From assembly GCA_951406725.2 (NCBI GenBank), contig OX597833.1, positions 33,914,001-33,978,000 on the forward strand: a stretch of 64,000 bases of DNA, written 5' to 3'. The notes below the pieces were generated by a model. That model saw only the letters and a program-made list of their open reading frames with translations. It had not been told where the DNA came from and did not search any database. Of the stretch, positions 41,868 to 54,839 are shown one piece after another. The DNA is from Octopus vulgaris (Eukaryota). Every line of letters begins with the position of its first letter. The stretch's first letter is position 1. The position numbers were made by a program, and so were the translations under genes.

Positions 41868-43657
41868 CTTTTCGAAGAGATTGTATGGTTCAGAGTTGAT
41901 TTTGTATCGTTGCGGATAGGTTGTCCCTAGTTGAAAGTACTCCTTAGCGGGGTTATCTGTTGTTGGTAATAGTTTAACTTGTATTGTTTGCTTTTGTGGT
42001 GTAAACATTTTTCAAATGGTGTAAACATTTTTCAAATGTTTACACCTTCATATAACGGTCTACCTTCCTTCTAAATGATTACATATTTATATTACAATTT
42101 ATGTATATGTATGCAAGCGCGTGCCGGGAGCTACGCTTCAGTAGCAGGCAGAGATAATACTGCAGCGACTGTGAGACAGCTGGAAATCAGGGAAGTGCCA
42201 GTCGACTTCGAAATAGTGAGAAACAGCAAAAAATTGATACAAAGAGAAGGGTTAAGATTAAAATTGACGCCGCCGGAAGAGATATCAAGAAGCAAAAACG
42301 AAAAGCAGTAGTCTACAAAACCCTTTCACTGGCAAGTAAGAAAATAGAAATGGCGAACGAAGAAGATTTGGAAGAATGCTTGAAAGAGATAAGTAACATC
42401 GAATTCTACTGTAGAGGAAGGAAATTTGGTACAATGGAGGTGCGCTTCCCGACTGTGGAAGCACTCCACTGTAACATTGAAAACGGAAAAATGGGTAGCG
42501 GGAATGAGGATTGGCAGGGTGCCCAAGAGATCAACGAGTTGTGACTCTTTGCAGCTATCCTAATAGACACAAAGGACGACCCTCAAATGCTGAGATGAGC
42601 CGTACTAAACAGCTGAACTGATGGGGATATGGCCTAGAAGGCATAATCTAGGCCACCACACTAGACCTACAAGAAATAACAGAAGAAATAGAGTTATCAG
42701 AAGAGATGAAGCTGCGTGTGGTAGTGGAAGGAAAACCTCCCACATGCTACCACTGCAGAGAGAAGGGCCATATTAAGGCAAATTGCCCCCTTCAATGGAG
42801 GTGAGACAAGAGGAAAGTAGCAGGGACGAGAATCTGAATGAAGGTAGATACCGAGAACAGAGATGAAGTCCAAGAAATACAGAGCAGGAAGAGGAAAGAC
42901 ATTAAAATCTCCCCACCCCCAAAGAACTCTAAAAAAAAGATAAAAGAAAGAACTAAGTGACACACAAACGCCCACACAGCATTACACATTACAACAAACA
43001 CACAAGAATATCGCAGACAGCCCAGAATCCCCAACTAAATATACACAACCACGAACATACAGCCCAGTAACTCCAGTAAAATATTCACAAGCACTCACAG
43101 ACGATCCAGAAACACAGGCAGTACAGATTCTCCAGTTGAATACACACAAGCAGACACACAAGAAACACAGAACAATTACAAATATAGGGCGTATTTAACA
43201 CACTATTGGACGAATTCATCTATCGAGGAAAAATCGGAAAGATGAAGTCAGTGATAAGAGTTACAGAGGAGGACAACATACGAGTTCCAGGTATGGAATG
43301 TATATTGATAGACATTAAAAACTATAAAAAGTTAAAGGCAAGCTTTGGTGACGACGTAAACCCATTAGGGTTGGAGGTAAGGTATGACTATCTGCCACTA
43401 GCGGTGGAATTTGAAAAGTTGAAAGCACATTTTATTTACTAAAATAATTAATTTGATAAACGTAGGCTTTAAAAAATAGAGGAAAAATATAGTTAAAATG
43501 GTACTACTCGGAAGTGGGTCGAGTAGCCATTACATCTTCATATTTATATAAATTCATTTCATTCATCCGTTTATGTTCTTTGTCCCCACTTGTGCTGTCT
43601 TGTCTGTCTTTGTTCGTCCCTTCTGTGTAAGGCCATATTGGCCAATAAAATTAAATA
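41868..43657 (+). mobile_element. L1/Tx1-type ORF1-only element 2
   Basis: GSYASVA, RGRKFGTMEVRF, EGKPPTCYHCREKGHIKANC, homologous C-terminal domain and 3' UTR ending AATAAA. Confidence 0.7.
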
Positions 43658-43669
43658 TGTTCCGATCAT

Positions 43670-46600
43670 TTGGACCGACTTGTTCGTGAATGTTGTTTGT
43701 GGCGTTCGAAAAGTTTGGCGTAAGTTGTAATATTTGTGTTTAATTGTTGAATTTGCACTGTTGAATTACTACGTTGTTGAACTTTTGTTGAGTGTTTTAT
43801 AAACACCTATTTTTCTGCTTGTGGCAGTCCTTTGTCAACGTTTACCCCTTGTGTGAAGGGGGAAAATATTGTTATATTTTTCAAAAAAAAATGGACAAAT
43901 CACCTATCAAAGCCAGGACCAGTAGTGAACCTGGTACAAGTGAATGGAAAGGTATCAGAAGCAGAGAAGGCAGCACAGTTTTAAATAGCATGCCGACAGA
44001 AGAGTTTATTCAAGAAAGAAAAGCTAGCAATTTTACAACAGCGACCGGTGTTTCAAAAAAGACAACGAAATGTGGAAGCGATGAACTCGGAAAATCCAAA
44101 GGTATTATGAAAAGGGAGGGGAGCGAAACAGTGATTACCCCTCCCACGCATAAGGCACTGCGGCACACCGTGATATACAAATCATTTGTGACCAAAGCAA
44201 AAAATAAACTGGATAATGCAAGTAAAGAGACGGTGGAACTCTGCCTCTGTTCAGTTTGGAACTACGTAGCATACGTCACAAGAGGAGTGAAATATACCAC
44301 AATAGAAGTCCGTTTCAAAACCGAGGAAAAGGCAAAACAAGCGTCGACTACACCGTTAAAAACGGTGGAAGTGGTGCTCCTACCTGCTTATCTTGGAAAA
44401 CAGACTTCCAAGATTAAGGTAGGAGACATCATCCTATCCGAAATAGACCCCGCTTGGCTGGTGACAGCCATAATAAACGGCTTGGAGGATAAGATCATAA
44501 TTCTTCAAGCTTCAGCGCTGGAAATGCAGAATTGGCAGCGGCAAGGCCACTTATACAAGTGGGGAAGACTAAGCTGCAACTCACGGTGGAGGGGAGGAAG
44601 CCTCGTTGCTACAAGTGTGGTCAAAAAGGCCACATTAGGGCCGAGTGCCAACCTTCCCCCGAAAAACAAACAGAAGCTGCAGGTGAAACGCATGAAGAAA
44701 CTTCTGAAAATGAAACAGCGGAAGAGGAGATGGGGGGAAGCCCAAGAAGAAAAGTGAGAGATTTTCTCCAGGTAAAAAAGAAGACCCTCCCCCTCCAACC
44801 CAACTAGCCCTACAACAAAACAAAAAACAACAAACAGAACACACAACTACAAAAAAAATCCCCTTCCCAAAATGTTCTCCACCCATCTAGACATGGATTA
44901 TACTGCGGTAGTGACGACTAGCAAGTCACTACTGCAGCAATTAAAAGACAAGCTCAATGCGGCCAACATAACCAAAGACTACAAGGGGAAAAGCATCCCC
45001 CAAAACATTGCAATTTATAAGATAGACAGAGCTTGTTGGCAAATCGAATTAAAAATGAAATAGGCCCTCTGGGGAAAAACTAATGTTTGAGGGTCTAGTC
45101 AACGACACCTCGCAAGACCTGGACGATAAACAAAAGGAATGAAATGGACGTGCCACCCTATCTCAAACTGTAAGTATAACCATTGTGGATATTCTTAATG
45201 TAGGGTGTTTGAATGTACGAGGCCTGGAGCCAGAATGGAAACAAGGTCGTTTCCTTAATGACCTCAGGTCGCATAGAATGGACATTATAGTTGCCACAGA
45301 GTCCAGATTGAGTAGTCAAAGAGACATTCCCCCTCCTAAATAGCTACGACAAAATTATTTCTCCATGCCTACCTGGAGGAGGGAGAGGCGTCGCTGTGCT
45401 GCTCAGGGAAAACCTGGATTTAGAGACAAGATCTATCTTCATCGACCCGGAAGGCAGGTTGGTCATTCTTGGCGTGACACTAAGCAGCGGTAAGGTATTC
45501 AGGCTTGTAGCTGTCTGCGCTCCCTCGGGAACTGGACAATCTGATATCTTTCGAGGTCTGGAGAAGTTTCTTGGGACATCTCACACTATAGTAATGTTAG
45601 GTGACTTTAACTAATCTGCGATGCACGCGTAGATTCGTTAGCTCGTCTACTGACAGGAGGGGGAACCCGTGCTTCAATAAGTTGCTCAGTCGATTTCACC
45701 TGGCAGATAGGTACAGATTAGATGTCCCAGACGCTCCATTGTGGACTTGGATTTATAGTGATGGTCATCTACATCTTATTTAAACAGGATTCTAATTAGG
45801 GAAATAGACAAAAACCTAGTTAGTCGTCCACAATTTCACTATGTCAGCTACAGTGATCACAAATTTGTGACTTGTACGCTGGACTTAGATAAGTCATGGC
45901 ACTATAAGGTTTTTGATGAATAATCAAGGGAACTTGGTAAACGAACCCGAGGAGCTATGTAAGGTCTTTCAGGTGTTAGCAAAAAGGTTGGCTTGTGTCG
46001 TGGGTGGAATCGTCGGAGAGGCACACATTTATGCGGTTAAAATGCTAAGGGTTTGGTTTGGTCTAGATCTCCAGATAGAGAAGAATTGGAACGAGGTGAC
46101 GAGCAGGGTGACCCACCTAACTCAGACCTGGTCTGAGCGGCGGCTATTCCTGAAAGGAAGGGCGGAGGTCGGAGGAGTGTTTATCACTTCTGTGATTACC
46201 TACCGCCTAACCGTCGTGCTTTGCCTCCGTTCGTTGCTGATCAATTTGGAGCGGCTGCTCTTCCGTTTTTTGTGGAGGGGTAGAAGTCCTTTTGTAAAGC
46301 GCTCTGTCTGCCTTGACTGTTGATGCGCAGACATGCTCTGAGGCTGAGGCATCTGTGGCTCTACCTAGATGATGAACAGGTGTGGTCTCCGTTCGTTCGG
46401 TCGTTACTTCCTGAGTATACTAGTTTGGGTGAACTAGGACCTTGAATCAAGTGAAGACCAAAGTTGGGTGCTTGGCAAGCGGAGTGTCGTGAAGCACTCA
46501 AGCTTCTCTGTAACACGAGCAACGCCAACGGCGAGGGTTCCACCTCGACTTTCCATAGAGGGTTGGTAGAGGCTCAGTGTAACTTCCAAGGATCCCTGGC

Positions 46601-47313
46601 TTGGTAGTGTTACCGAGGAGTCTTACCAGTTCACAATAAATTCGCAGGGCATGGTGCCCGTTGCGCACCCACGTGGCCAAGATGCGAGCAGGACAGGGAA
46701 ACCGTTCTGCACGCGATTGTGCAATGCCCCAAAATTTCCGAAATGTGGTTCTACATTGAACACCTGCTATCACGACTGGGAAGAGTACAACTGTTTTCTG
46801 AGTCGATTATAAAGATTGTTCCTCCTTCCTCTTTTAACAAAGAAGGCAAGGCTTGTTTTCTCGCTGTGGTCGCTTGTAGCGAAAGAAGGGGTTTGAAAGA
46901 CCTGTGTGAAATGTATCATGACAGACATCTTCATTTCCAACCTTGAACTGGTTAATTTCCTCATTTACCACCTTCAGAGGAAAATAAGGGTGGAGAGAAA
47001 ATACCTGTCATCTGATGTATATGGGAAAAGAGGGAAGGCTGTAACGTGTTTGTTGAGAATGAATGAACCCTCATAGTATACCCATGAGGTTATACAAAAG
47101 GTTACAGTGGTGGAACGGGGCTTGCGGGGTCGAAGCGAAACCCCTCCTCCACTTAATAGTATGTGTTATTGTTTGTCATCATCCGATTTATATAAATTCT
47201 TAACTTGAATTTCTAACTATTCATCTTTTGTAAAATCATTCGTTTATCGACCCCTCCCTCATTTGTATCGCCCCCACTATGTTTGGCCCCCTTGTGAGCA
47301 ATAAAGAAGTAGC
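43670..47313 (+). mobile_element. L1/Tx1-clade LINE, ORF1 + internally deleted ORF2
   Basis: ORF1 RGVKYTTIEVRF, LLPAYLGK, EGRKPRCYKCGQKGHIRAEC. ORF2 GCLNVRGL, DPEGRLV, LGDFN, SDH and the post-RT WSERRLFLKGR..RLLFRFLWRG. Ends AATAAAGAA. Confidence 0.8.
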
Positions 47314-47330
47314 TGTTTCGATCATCTGAA

Positions 47331-48320
47331 ATGAAACTGTCAAAGCGCGATATTTGAGCAATTTTGCTATTCAACTTCAAAAAAGGACGTAAAGCAGCTG
47401 AAACTGCTCGCGATATCAACGAAAAGTTTGGTGAGGAAATGACCAGTGAGTGGTCAACTCGAAAAATGGCTTAAACGATTTCGCAGTGGAGACCTGAGCC
47501 TTGAAGATCGTGAGCATAGTGGACGCCCATTTATCATTGAATACAGTCAATTGAAGGCCGTAATTGAGAAAGATCCACGTAAAACCACTCGAGAACTAGC
47601 AAAAAGAACTTCAAGTTAGCCAGAAAACTGCCTGTAATCAGTTGCATACGATCGGAAAATAAAAGAAGCTCGGCAAATGAGTACCACATGATTTGAATGA
47701 AAATCAGAAAATGCGCAGATATGAAATTTGCTCGTCGTTTCTTCTCCGTAACCAGACCGATCCATTTCTCGATCATATTGTAACTTGCAATGAAAAGTGG
47801 ATTCTTCACAGTGAGTGGAACAAGATGAGACACCGAAAACCCTCCCTAAACCTGAGCCCTTCATAAAAAAAAGATAATGGTGACTGTTTGGTGGTGTACT
47901 GCAAGACTCATCCACTATAACCTCTTAAAACCTGAAAAAAAAATCATTACTGTAGAAACATTGCCATGAAATTGCCAAAATGAATGAAAAATTGCTACTT
48001 GTCTGTCCCAGACTGGTCAACAGAAGAGGGCCAATCATTCTTCATGACAATGCTCGACTACACGTTTCACTAATGATGCTCCAGAAGTTGAGGGAACTTG
48101 GCTACGAAGTTCTTCCCCGCCCAGCTTACTCCCCAGACCTTTCTCCTGCCGATTACCCCTTTTTCAAGCACCTTGATGGTTTCCTGCGAGAAAAGGAGTT
48201 CAAAATTCAAACCAATGCTGAAAAGAGTTCATCAGCTCCAGAACTCCAGATTTTTATGTTACCGGAATAAACAAACTTGTAACAACAAAAATGTGTTGAT
48301 TCTAATGATACTTACTTTGA
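47331..48320 (+). pseudogene. mariner (DD34D) transposase pseudogene
   Basis: FKKGRKAAETARDIN, SLEDREHSGRP, ILHDNARLH, YSPDLSPADY; many frameshifts. Confidence 0.85.
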
Positions 48321-48339
48321 TGTATAAAACTTCCGCATT

Positions 48340-48784
48340 GAGATGCGCCGACGTAATGGTTTCCCTTCATGACAGAATTAATAATCAAGACTATTTAAGC
48401 ATTTTATCTGATCAAATTCATCCTAAGGTTACGGAACTGTTTCCGGAGGGAAACGCAATCTTTCCGGATGATAATGTACCAATTCCCACAGCTAAAGTTG
48501 TTACTGAATGGCACGAAGAACATTCTAGTGAAATTGAACATTTTATCTAGCCACGACAGTCCCCAGAGCTCAATATTATTGAACATTTATGATGCATTTT
48601 AGAAAAACAAGTAAGGAGTCGATATCCTCCACCATCATCATTAAAAGAACTGGCGACTGTTTTAGCTGAAAAATGGACAAAAATTCCTTTGGAAACAATT
48701 CAAACTCAGGCTGTAACTACTGCCAAAGGCGGTCATAAATTTGTCGGAAATTTTAAGGTGTTTCCATTATTTTGTCCAGCTCCT
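48340..48784 (+). mobile_element. Tc1-like transposon 3' fragment
   Basis: AIFPDDNVPIPTAK and P.QSPELNIIEHL motifs; TIR-like end TTCCATTATTTTGTCCAGCTCCTG|TA. Confidence 0.7.
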
Positions 48785-48829
48785 GTATATATATACATAT
48801 ATGTGTGTGTGTGTGTGTGTGTGTGTATT

Positions 48830-49027
48830 CTTTTATTCTTTTAATTGTTTCAGTCATTTAACTGCAGCCCTGCTGGAGCACAGGCTTTCGTTGAACAAAT
48901 CTACCCCAGGACTTATTCTTTGTAAGCCTAGTACTTATTCTACCGAGCACTAAGTTACAGGGGCGTAAACACACCAACACCTGTTGTCAAGCGATGGTAG
49001 GGAGCAAACAAATACATACAAACATAC

Positions 49028-49109
<82 letters not shown>

Positions 49110-49110
49110 T

Positions 49111-49141
<31 letters not shown>

Positions 49142-49302
49142 ATATAAACGACGAGCTTCTTTCAGTTTCCGGCTACCAAATCCACTCACAAGGTCTTTGT
49201 CGCCCCGAGGTTATAAAAGACACTTGCCCAGGGTGCCATGCAGTAGGACTGAATCCAGATCTATGCGGTTGGAAGCAAGCTTCTTACCACACAGTCACTC
49301 CT
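48830..49302 (-). mobile_element. SINE family 1 with expanded internal (TA)n
   Basis: Tail and head halves of family 1 flank a microsatellite. Confidence 0.75.
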
Positions 49303-49315
49303 ATTTATATATATA

Positions 49316-49685
49316 CTAGCAGTATCGCCCGGCGTTGCTCGGGTTTGTAAGGGAAATAACTATAAAGCATTTTTAGAGAGTTATAGCCAAAAAATAGCAA
49401 AAAAATGGGAAAAAAAATTATGGTAAATTTTTTTTTGATAGTTAAAAAGGTCGAGTTGCGTCCCCTAGACCATCTGTGGTTTGTGTTTCTGATTGTCGAC
49501 CCCATGTCGAATTTATCGATCTTTTTCAGAACTGGGGGAACTTTTCAAAATTTTCGCTGCGTTAGTTTTGAATTATGACATTGGGCTATGTGTGTGTCAA
49601 GTTTCATCAGAATCGGTTGAAAGCCGTGGTCTGAGTGAGGGTACAACCAAACAGACACACAGAAACACACACAGACAAACTGCCG

Positions 49686-49700
<15 letters not shown>
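49316..49700 (-). mobile_element. Short non-autonomous Helitron
   Basis: Minus-strand 3' end CCCGAGCAACGCCGGGCGATACTGCTAG|T. The other end has an (ACAG/AC)n tract near TATA, as in short Helitrons. Confidence 0.7.
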
Positions 49701-49754
<54 letters not shown>

Positions 49755-50033
49755 CCTTTTACTTTTTTATTCTTTTACTTATTTCAGTCATTTGACTGCG
49801 GCCATACTAGACCACCACCTTGAAGGGTTTAAGTCGTGCAAATCGACCCTAAGACTTATGTTTAAATCCTAGTGCTTATTCTATCGGTCTCTTTTGCTGA
49901 ACCGCTATATTACGGGGGTGTAAACACACCAACACCGGTTGTCAAACGATGATGCGGGGGGACAAATAGAGACACACAGATACCCATAGATATATATACA
50001 TATACCAAATAACCGAACATATATATATATATA

Positions 50034-51713
50034 CACTACCGTCAGAAATTAATTAGCACACTTGATTTACTCTTCACTCAAGGTATTTGCTGTCACCTAG
50101 TGGCCATATCTCGAACTATTGCTTTGTTGCGAGTTCACTGTTGCGCAGAACGATGACGTAACTTTGTTTGCAGAGCAGTTTGAGAGTCTACAGCCTAATG
50201 ATGTTGACATAGCAGTGCAACAACAACTTGGAGTGCAGATGCAGACAAATCTTCCTTTGTTTAATAGATATAGGTAGCGCCTCGCAAGGACCGAAATCAC
50301 ACCGTACTAAGTTTTCTCATCGCGTAAGACGTTTTGAACAGCTCATAGGTTAATTGATTTGTGTATTTGCAAGATTTTTTTCCTCACAAATTCTCCTACA
50401 CTCTGCTTGGTGACGTCACTTCCGGTTCACAAAACTTTCAGTTATACATCAAATAAGGTGAGAAATTCTGCTTTCTTTCTTTTTTGTTTAATGAATAATA
50501 ACTCATAGCAGTTTTGTTATAGCATAACATTATTCAAATGAACAGTTTTAATGAAAATAACTGGTTTTTATCGTACATTCCTAGATGGGCCCAAGACCTC
50601 GCATGACCTTGGAGAGACGGTACGAGGCTCTCTCGTGGCGAGGGAAGCTGTCGGAGGCTGCAATAACCAGAAAACTTGGTGTAGCCAGGCGCACAATTCA
50701 GTGCTTATTTAAGAAATACGAGGAAACCGGATCAGCAGCTGACAAAAAGGGTAGGGGACGGAAGAGGCTGACGACCCAGCGGGAGGACCGGATGCTGATC
50801 CGAAAGTCACTGTACAACCGAAGGGCAACGAGCCGGCAACTGGCGGAGGAGATGCAAAAGATGACAGGGAAGCAGTTGTCTACAACCACCGTCAAGACCA
50901 GATTACTGGAAGCTGGTCTAAAATCCTGTAGGGCCGCCCGTAAGCCGCTCCTTACAGCCCAAAACTGGAAGAGGCGGCTGCTCTGGGCCCGTGCCCACAA
51001 GACATGGACCGTGCAGCAGTGGCGGACAGTGATGTTCACTGACGAGTCGCGATTCAGTCTCATCAGTGACAAGCCTGTCCATGTGCGACGCCGCAGGGAT
51101 GAGCGCTTCAACAAAGACTGCATTGCTCCCACCATGAAGCATGGTGGGGTGGTCTGATGGTGTGAGGGGCGTTCAGCTACAGTGGTGTTGGGCGGCTCTA
51201 TGCCGTCGAAGGCAACATCAACGCAGCAAAGTACGTTGAGATAGTACGGGATACCTCTTTGGTGGCGCGAGGAGTACGTGCTCCAGCAGGACAACGCGCC
51301 TTCCCACACAGCCAAGCTCACAACCGGTTTCTTCAAGGACCATGACCTGAGCTGAACCCTATTGAGAACCTCTGGAGTCGATTGGGTAGGGATTTGAATG
51401 TGCAGCAATACAGGAACCGACACGAGCTGTTTGTGGCACTTCTTGCTGCATGGAGGGCCATCCCTGCACAGTATCTGCAGGCACTCATAGACAGCATGCC
51501 GACGCGCGTAGCAGTTGTCATTGCTGCCAAAGGAGGAGCAACAAGATATTGACTAAATTTCACGATTAATAACAATTATGTGGTGTGCTGGGATATGTTT
51601 TAATAAATTTTTGATTAAAAACGAGTTCGTTTCTGATAATAAGTTAATTAAATTAAGAAAATGTAAGAAAATGTAGAAATTTGAGAAGTGCTAATTAATT
51701 TCCGACGCAAGTG
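50034..51713 (+). mobile_element. Tc1-family DNA transposon with frameshifted transposase (50585-51552)
   Basis: TIRs CACTACCGTCAGAAATTAATTAGCAC / GTGCTAATTAATTTCCGACGCAAGTG with TA flanks; motifs GRGRKRLTT, VMFTDESRF, QQDNAPSH, LNPIENLW. Confidence 0.92.
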
Positions 51714-51721
51714 TATATATA

Positions 51722-52098
51722 CACTACCGTCAGAAATTAATTAGCACCCTTGATTTGCTCTTCACTCAAGGTATGTGCTGTCACCTAGTGGCCATATCTC
51801 AAACTATTGCTTTGTTGCGAGTTCACTGTTGCGCAGAAAGATGACGTAACTTTGTTTGCAGAGCAGTTTGAGAGTCTACAGCCTTATGATGTTGACATAG
51901 CAGTGCAACAACTTGGAGTGCGGATGCAGACAAATCTTCCTTTGTTTAATAGATATAGGTAGCGCCTCGCAAGGACCGAAATCACACCGTACTAAGTTTT
52001 CTCATCGCGTAAGACGTTTTGAACAGCTCATAGGTTAATTGATTTAACCTATTTAATGTAGAAATTTGAGAAGTGCTAATTAATTTCTGACGCAAGTG
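51722..52098 (+). mobile_element. Internally deleted derivative of the adjacent Tc1 element
   Basis: Same 5' ~325 bp and 3' ~45 bp as 50034-51713, with both TIRs. Confidence 0.9.
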
Positions 52099-52152
52099 TA
52101 TATATTAAGAAAAGGGGAGATAGTCAAGATTTGCATTAAAAATATTTAGCTA

Positions 52153-54826
52153 GGCGCAGGAGTGGCTGTGTGGTAAGTAGCTCGCTTACCAAGTAGCTTG
52201 CATACTTCCCATGAGTCTTTGAGACTTCCCAAGAGTCTTTGTTGTTAGTGTGCGCATGTGTCAGTGTGTCGTGCACTGAAGAAGATAGCCGGCAGTGTTT
52301 AGCCTGCCAAAAGAAGCTATTGCAAGGTAAGACTTTTCTCTTGGACCCAGTGAGGGTCGTTGTCTGTGCTTATATGTTTTACAAGCAGGGAATCCTCACT
52401 GGACTCAGGATGTTGGTCTACTTGCGATTCAGCAACATGGTCCATAGTAAATGAAAATTTTCTCTCATTGTCTGGTGGGCGTTTCTTTCAAACCCAAAAT
52501 TGTTCATTTTTTAACAGTGTATGTTTTTACATTTACCATTATTGGAAAACTGTATTTCAAGTGAAAATTTGTTCTCATTGTGAGAAATATAGTTTAGTGA
52601 CTATCCTGCCACCAAAAGTCGTTCGCAGTTTGTAAATAGTGTGTATTTTACAACTGCGTTGAAAAGCTGTATTCAAGTGGTGCAGTCCAAGTTCTAATTG
52701 GAGTACCATAAGGGCTTGGAGTACATGAATGCCCAGAAGATTTTTTTGCTGTGTTTTTTTTAACTATTGTTTTCTTCTTCTATTGTGACTTTTTTATTGA
52801 ACTGTTTTTTTCTTTCTTCTTCCCTTTTGTTTTCTTTTGAATTCTCTCCTTTTTTATGAACTATTGTTTTGGACATGACAAAAAAAGATAAGATTGTAGA
52901 GTGGAAGATTGTCCCACCTAAGGAGTGGCTCAGACAGCAAGAGGAGAGAACGGTGGTGATGAGAACGTATTCGAAGGTTCCCGACACCATTACCGTCTTC
53001 TCCAAGCAGATGATTGAGCAGGAGTTGGCAGAATATCTGCCAACCATTAAGTATATCTCTAGGGGAGTCAAGCATGCAACGGTGTGGTTGCTGTTTGACA
53101 CCCCAGAGGAGGCTCGCAGTTTTGCGTGCCAGCCCGTTGAGGGTAAAGAAATTTTGTTTCCTCCCACTTATTGTGGGAAAAATTGACGAGAGCCTGGGTC
53201 TGTGGTTTGCCACCCGGAATTGAACCCCAGTGGATAGAGGATACACTCAGTCGGGGTCTGGGTGGCAGTGGAGCCAGGCTCCTCAATGTGAAAATTCTTC
53301 CTGTGGCTGATCGGGTTGGGTCAAAAGCTGTTTTGACCCTGTGGACCCAATCAGCCATGAATCTGGTTGTGCCAGATTTTTTGAAAATGGCCAGGTTCAG
53401 GTACCCGCTGATTCTTGAGGGTCTCCTCCCCCCACCACTACTACCAAGTGTCATCGGTGCCTGGAGCCTGGCCATATAAAGAAGAACTGTTCTCGGGAGC
53501 AAGGCGGAGTCCTGGAGCAGTCAATTGAGACCTCTGTAAAAGAGGGAACGAATGCGGCTGAAGAGACAGAGGACTCCTCAGGAAAGGGCCGCAAGAGGAA
53601 GAAGGTGAGCAACAATGGGTGTTCACCAAAAGATCCTGGGAATGAAGAAAGGGAGGTGAATCTTCCGGTCACGGAGGAAATGCACCCTCCCTCAGTTGAG
53701 GAGAAACTGGACATTGCCGGCAGTCGGTGACATAGCACCGGAATGTCCCGGAACCTTGCCGATAGGGGTTGTGCCACCGACAGGGGAAGAGACACCGTTT
53801 GGGGGACTGTGTTGCCAACGGTTAAATTGACTACCTCGAACCCGGAGGAAGAGGAACTATTGGTCCTCTTCTACAGAGGCGGAGAGGTAGAAGAGGTGGT
53901 GGAAGGGCACCATAAGGGAGTGCTTTTAGCCTTCACACAGGATCCCGAATGGCCTCCGCAGATAGTTGTGGAGATCATAACGATGTCTGTAGGGTATAGG
54001 CTGCGGGAACTCAAGGAGGAATATCGCTTGTGGCCGGCCGACGCCGGTTCGGATCCCGCCTTGGTCTTGAATGAGGCGCGGGTAATGGTGGAGTATATGG
54101 GCACAAGCGATGACGGGGAGGAATAAGGACAAGAGCGTGAAAAGCCTCAGTGTTACAATGTTAATGTTTATTGCATGTTATTATGTTTAAGAGGCTTAAC
54201 GCCCCAATTCTTAAATCGACTATTAGTCCAAAGATTTGTAATACTGAAGTAAGAGGTTCATTACCTCGTTTTGTCATTTTCTGCGGAAAAAAAGAAGAGA
54301 AGCAGAAAATCGGTGGGTGTTTTTTGTCTTCTCCCATTAATATCATCCTTATCATCATTCACCTCATCAATGTCTTTGTGTAGCCTGCAACCTACTCTGT
54401 ATCATGCCTTTATGGCAAAATTTTTGAAATAAAGTAGCTTGCTTACCAGCCACATGGTTCCGGGTTCATTCACACTGCGTGGCACCTTGGCCAAGTGTCT
54501 TCTACTATAGCCTCGGGCCAACCAAAGCCTTGTGAGTGGGTTATTTGGTAGACGGGAACAGGAAGAAGCCCGTCGGATATATGTATAATGTATATATATG
54601 TATGTGTGTGTATATGTGTGCGTGTCTGTGTTTGTCCCCCAACATCGCTTGACAACCATGGTGGTGTGTTTGCCTCCCCGTAACATAGCGGTTCGGCAAA
54701 AGACCTCGATAGAATAAGTACTAGGCTTCCAAAGAATAAGTCCTGGGGTCGATTTACTCGACTAAAGGCGGTGCTCCAGGATGGCCGCAGTCAAATGACT
54801 GAAACAAGTAAAAGAATAAAAGAATA
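52153..54826 (+). mobile_element. SINE family 1 split by an L1/Tx1-type ORF1-only element (52202-54431)
   Basis: SINE head 52153-52201 resumes at 54432; duplication AAGTAGCTTGC. The insert encodes RGVKHATVWLLF, LFPPTYCGK, RAWVCGLPP, CYQ..CLEPGHIKKNC. Confidence 0.8.
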
Positions 54827-54839
54827 TAGTTAAATATAT

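Larger units (their letters stand above)
39835..48330 (+). mobile_element. mariner transposon interrupted by three L1/Tx1-type elements
   Basis: TA|TCAGATTGCGTAAAAAGTAAGCAACGTTTT resembles a mariner TIR. The transposase pseudogene resumes at 47331 after the inserts. Confidence 0.6.
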
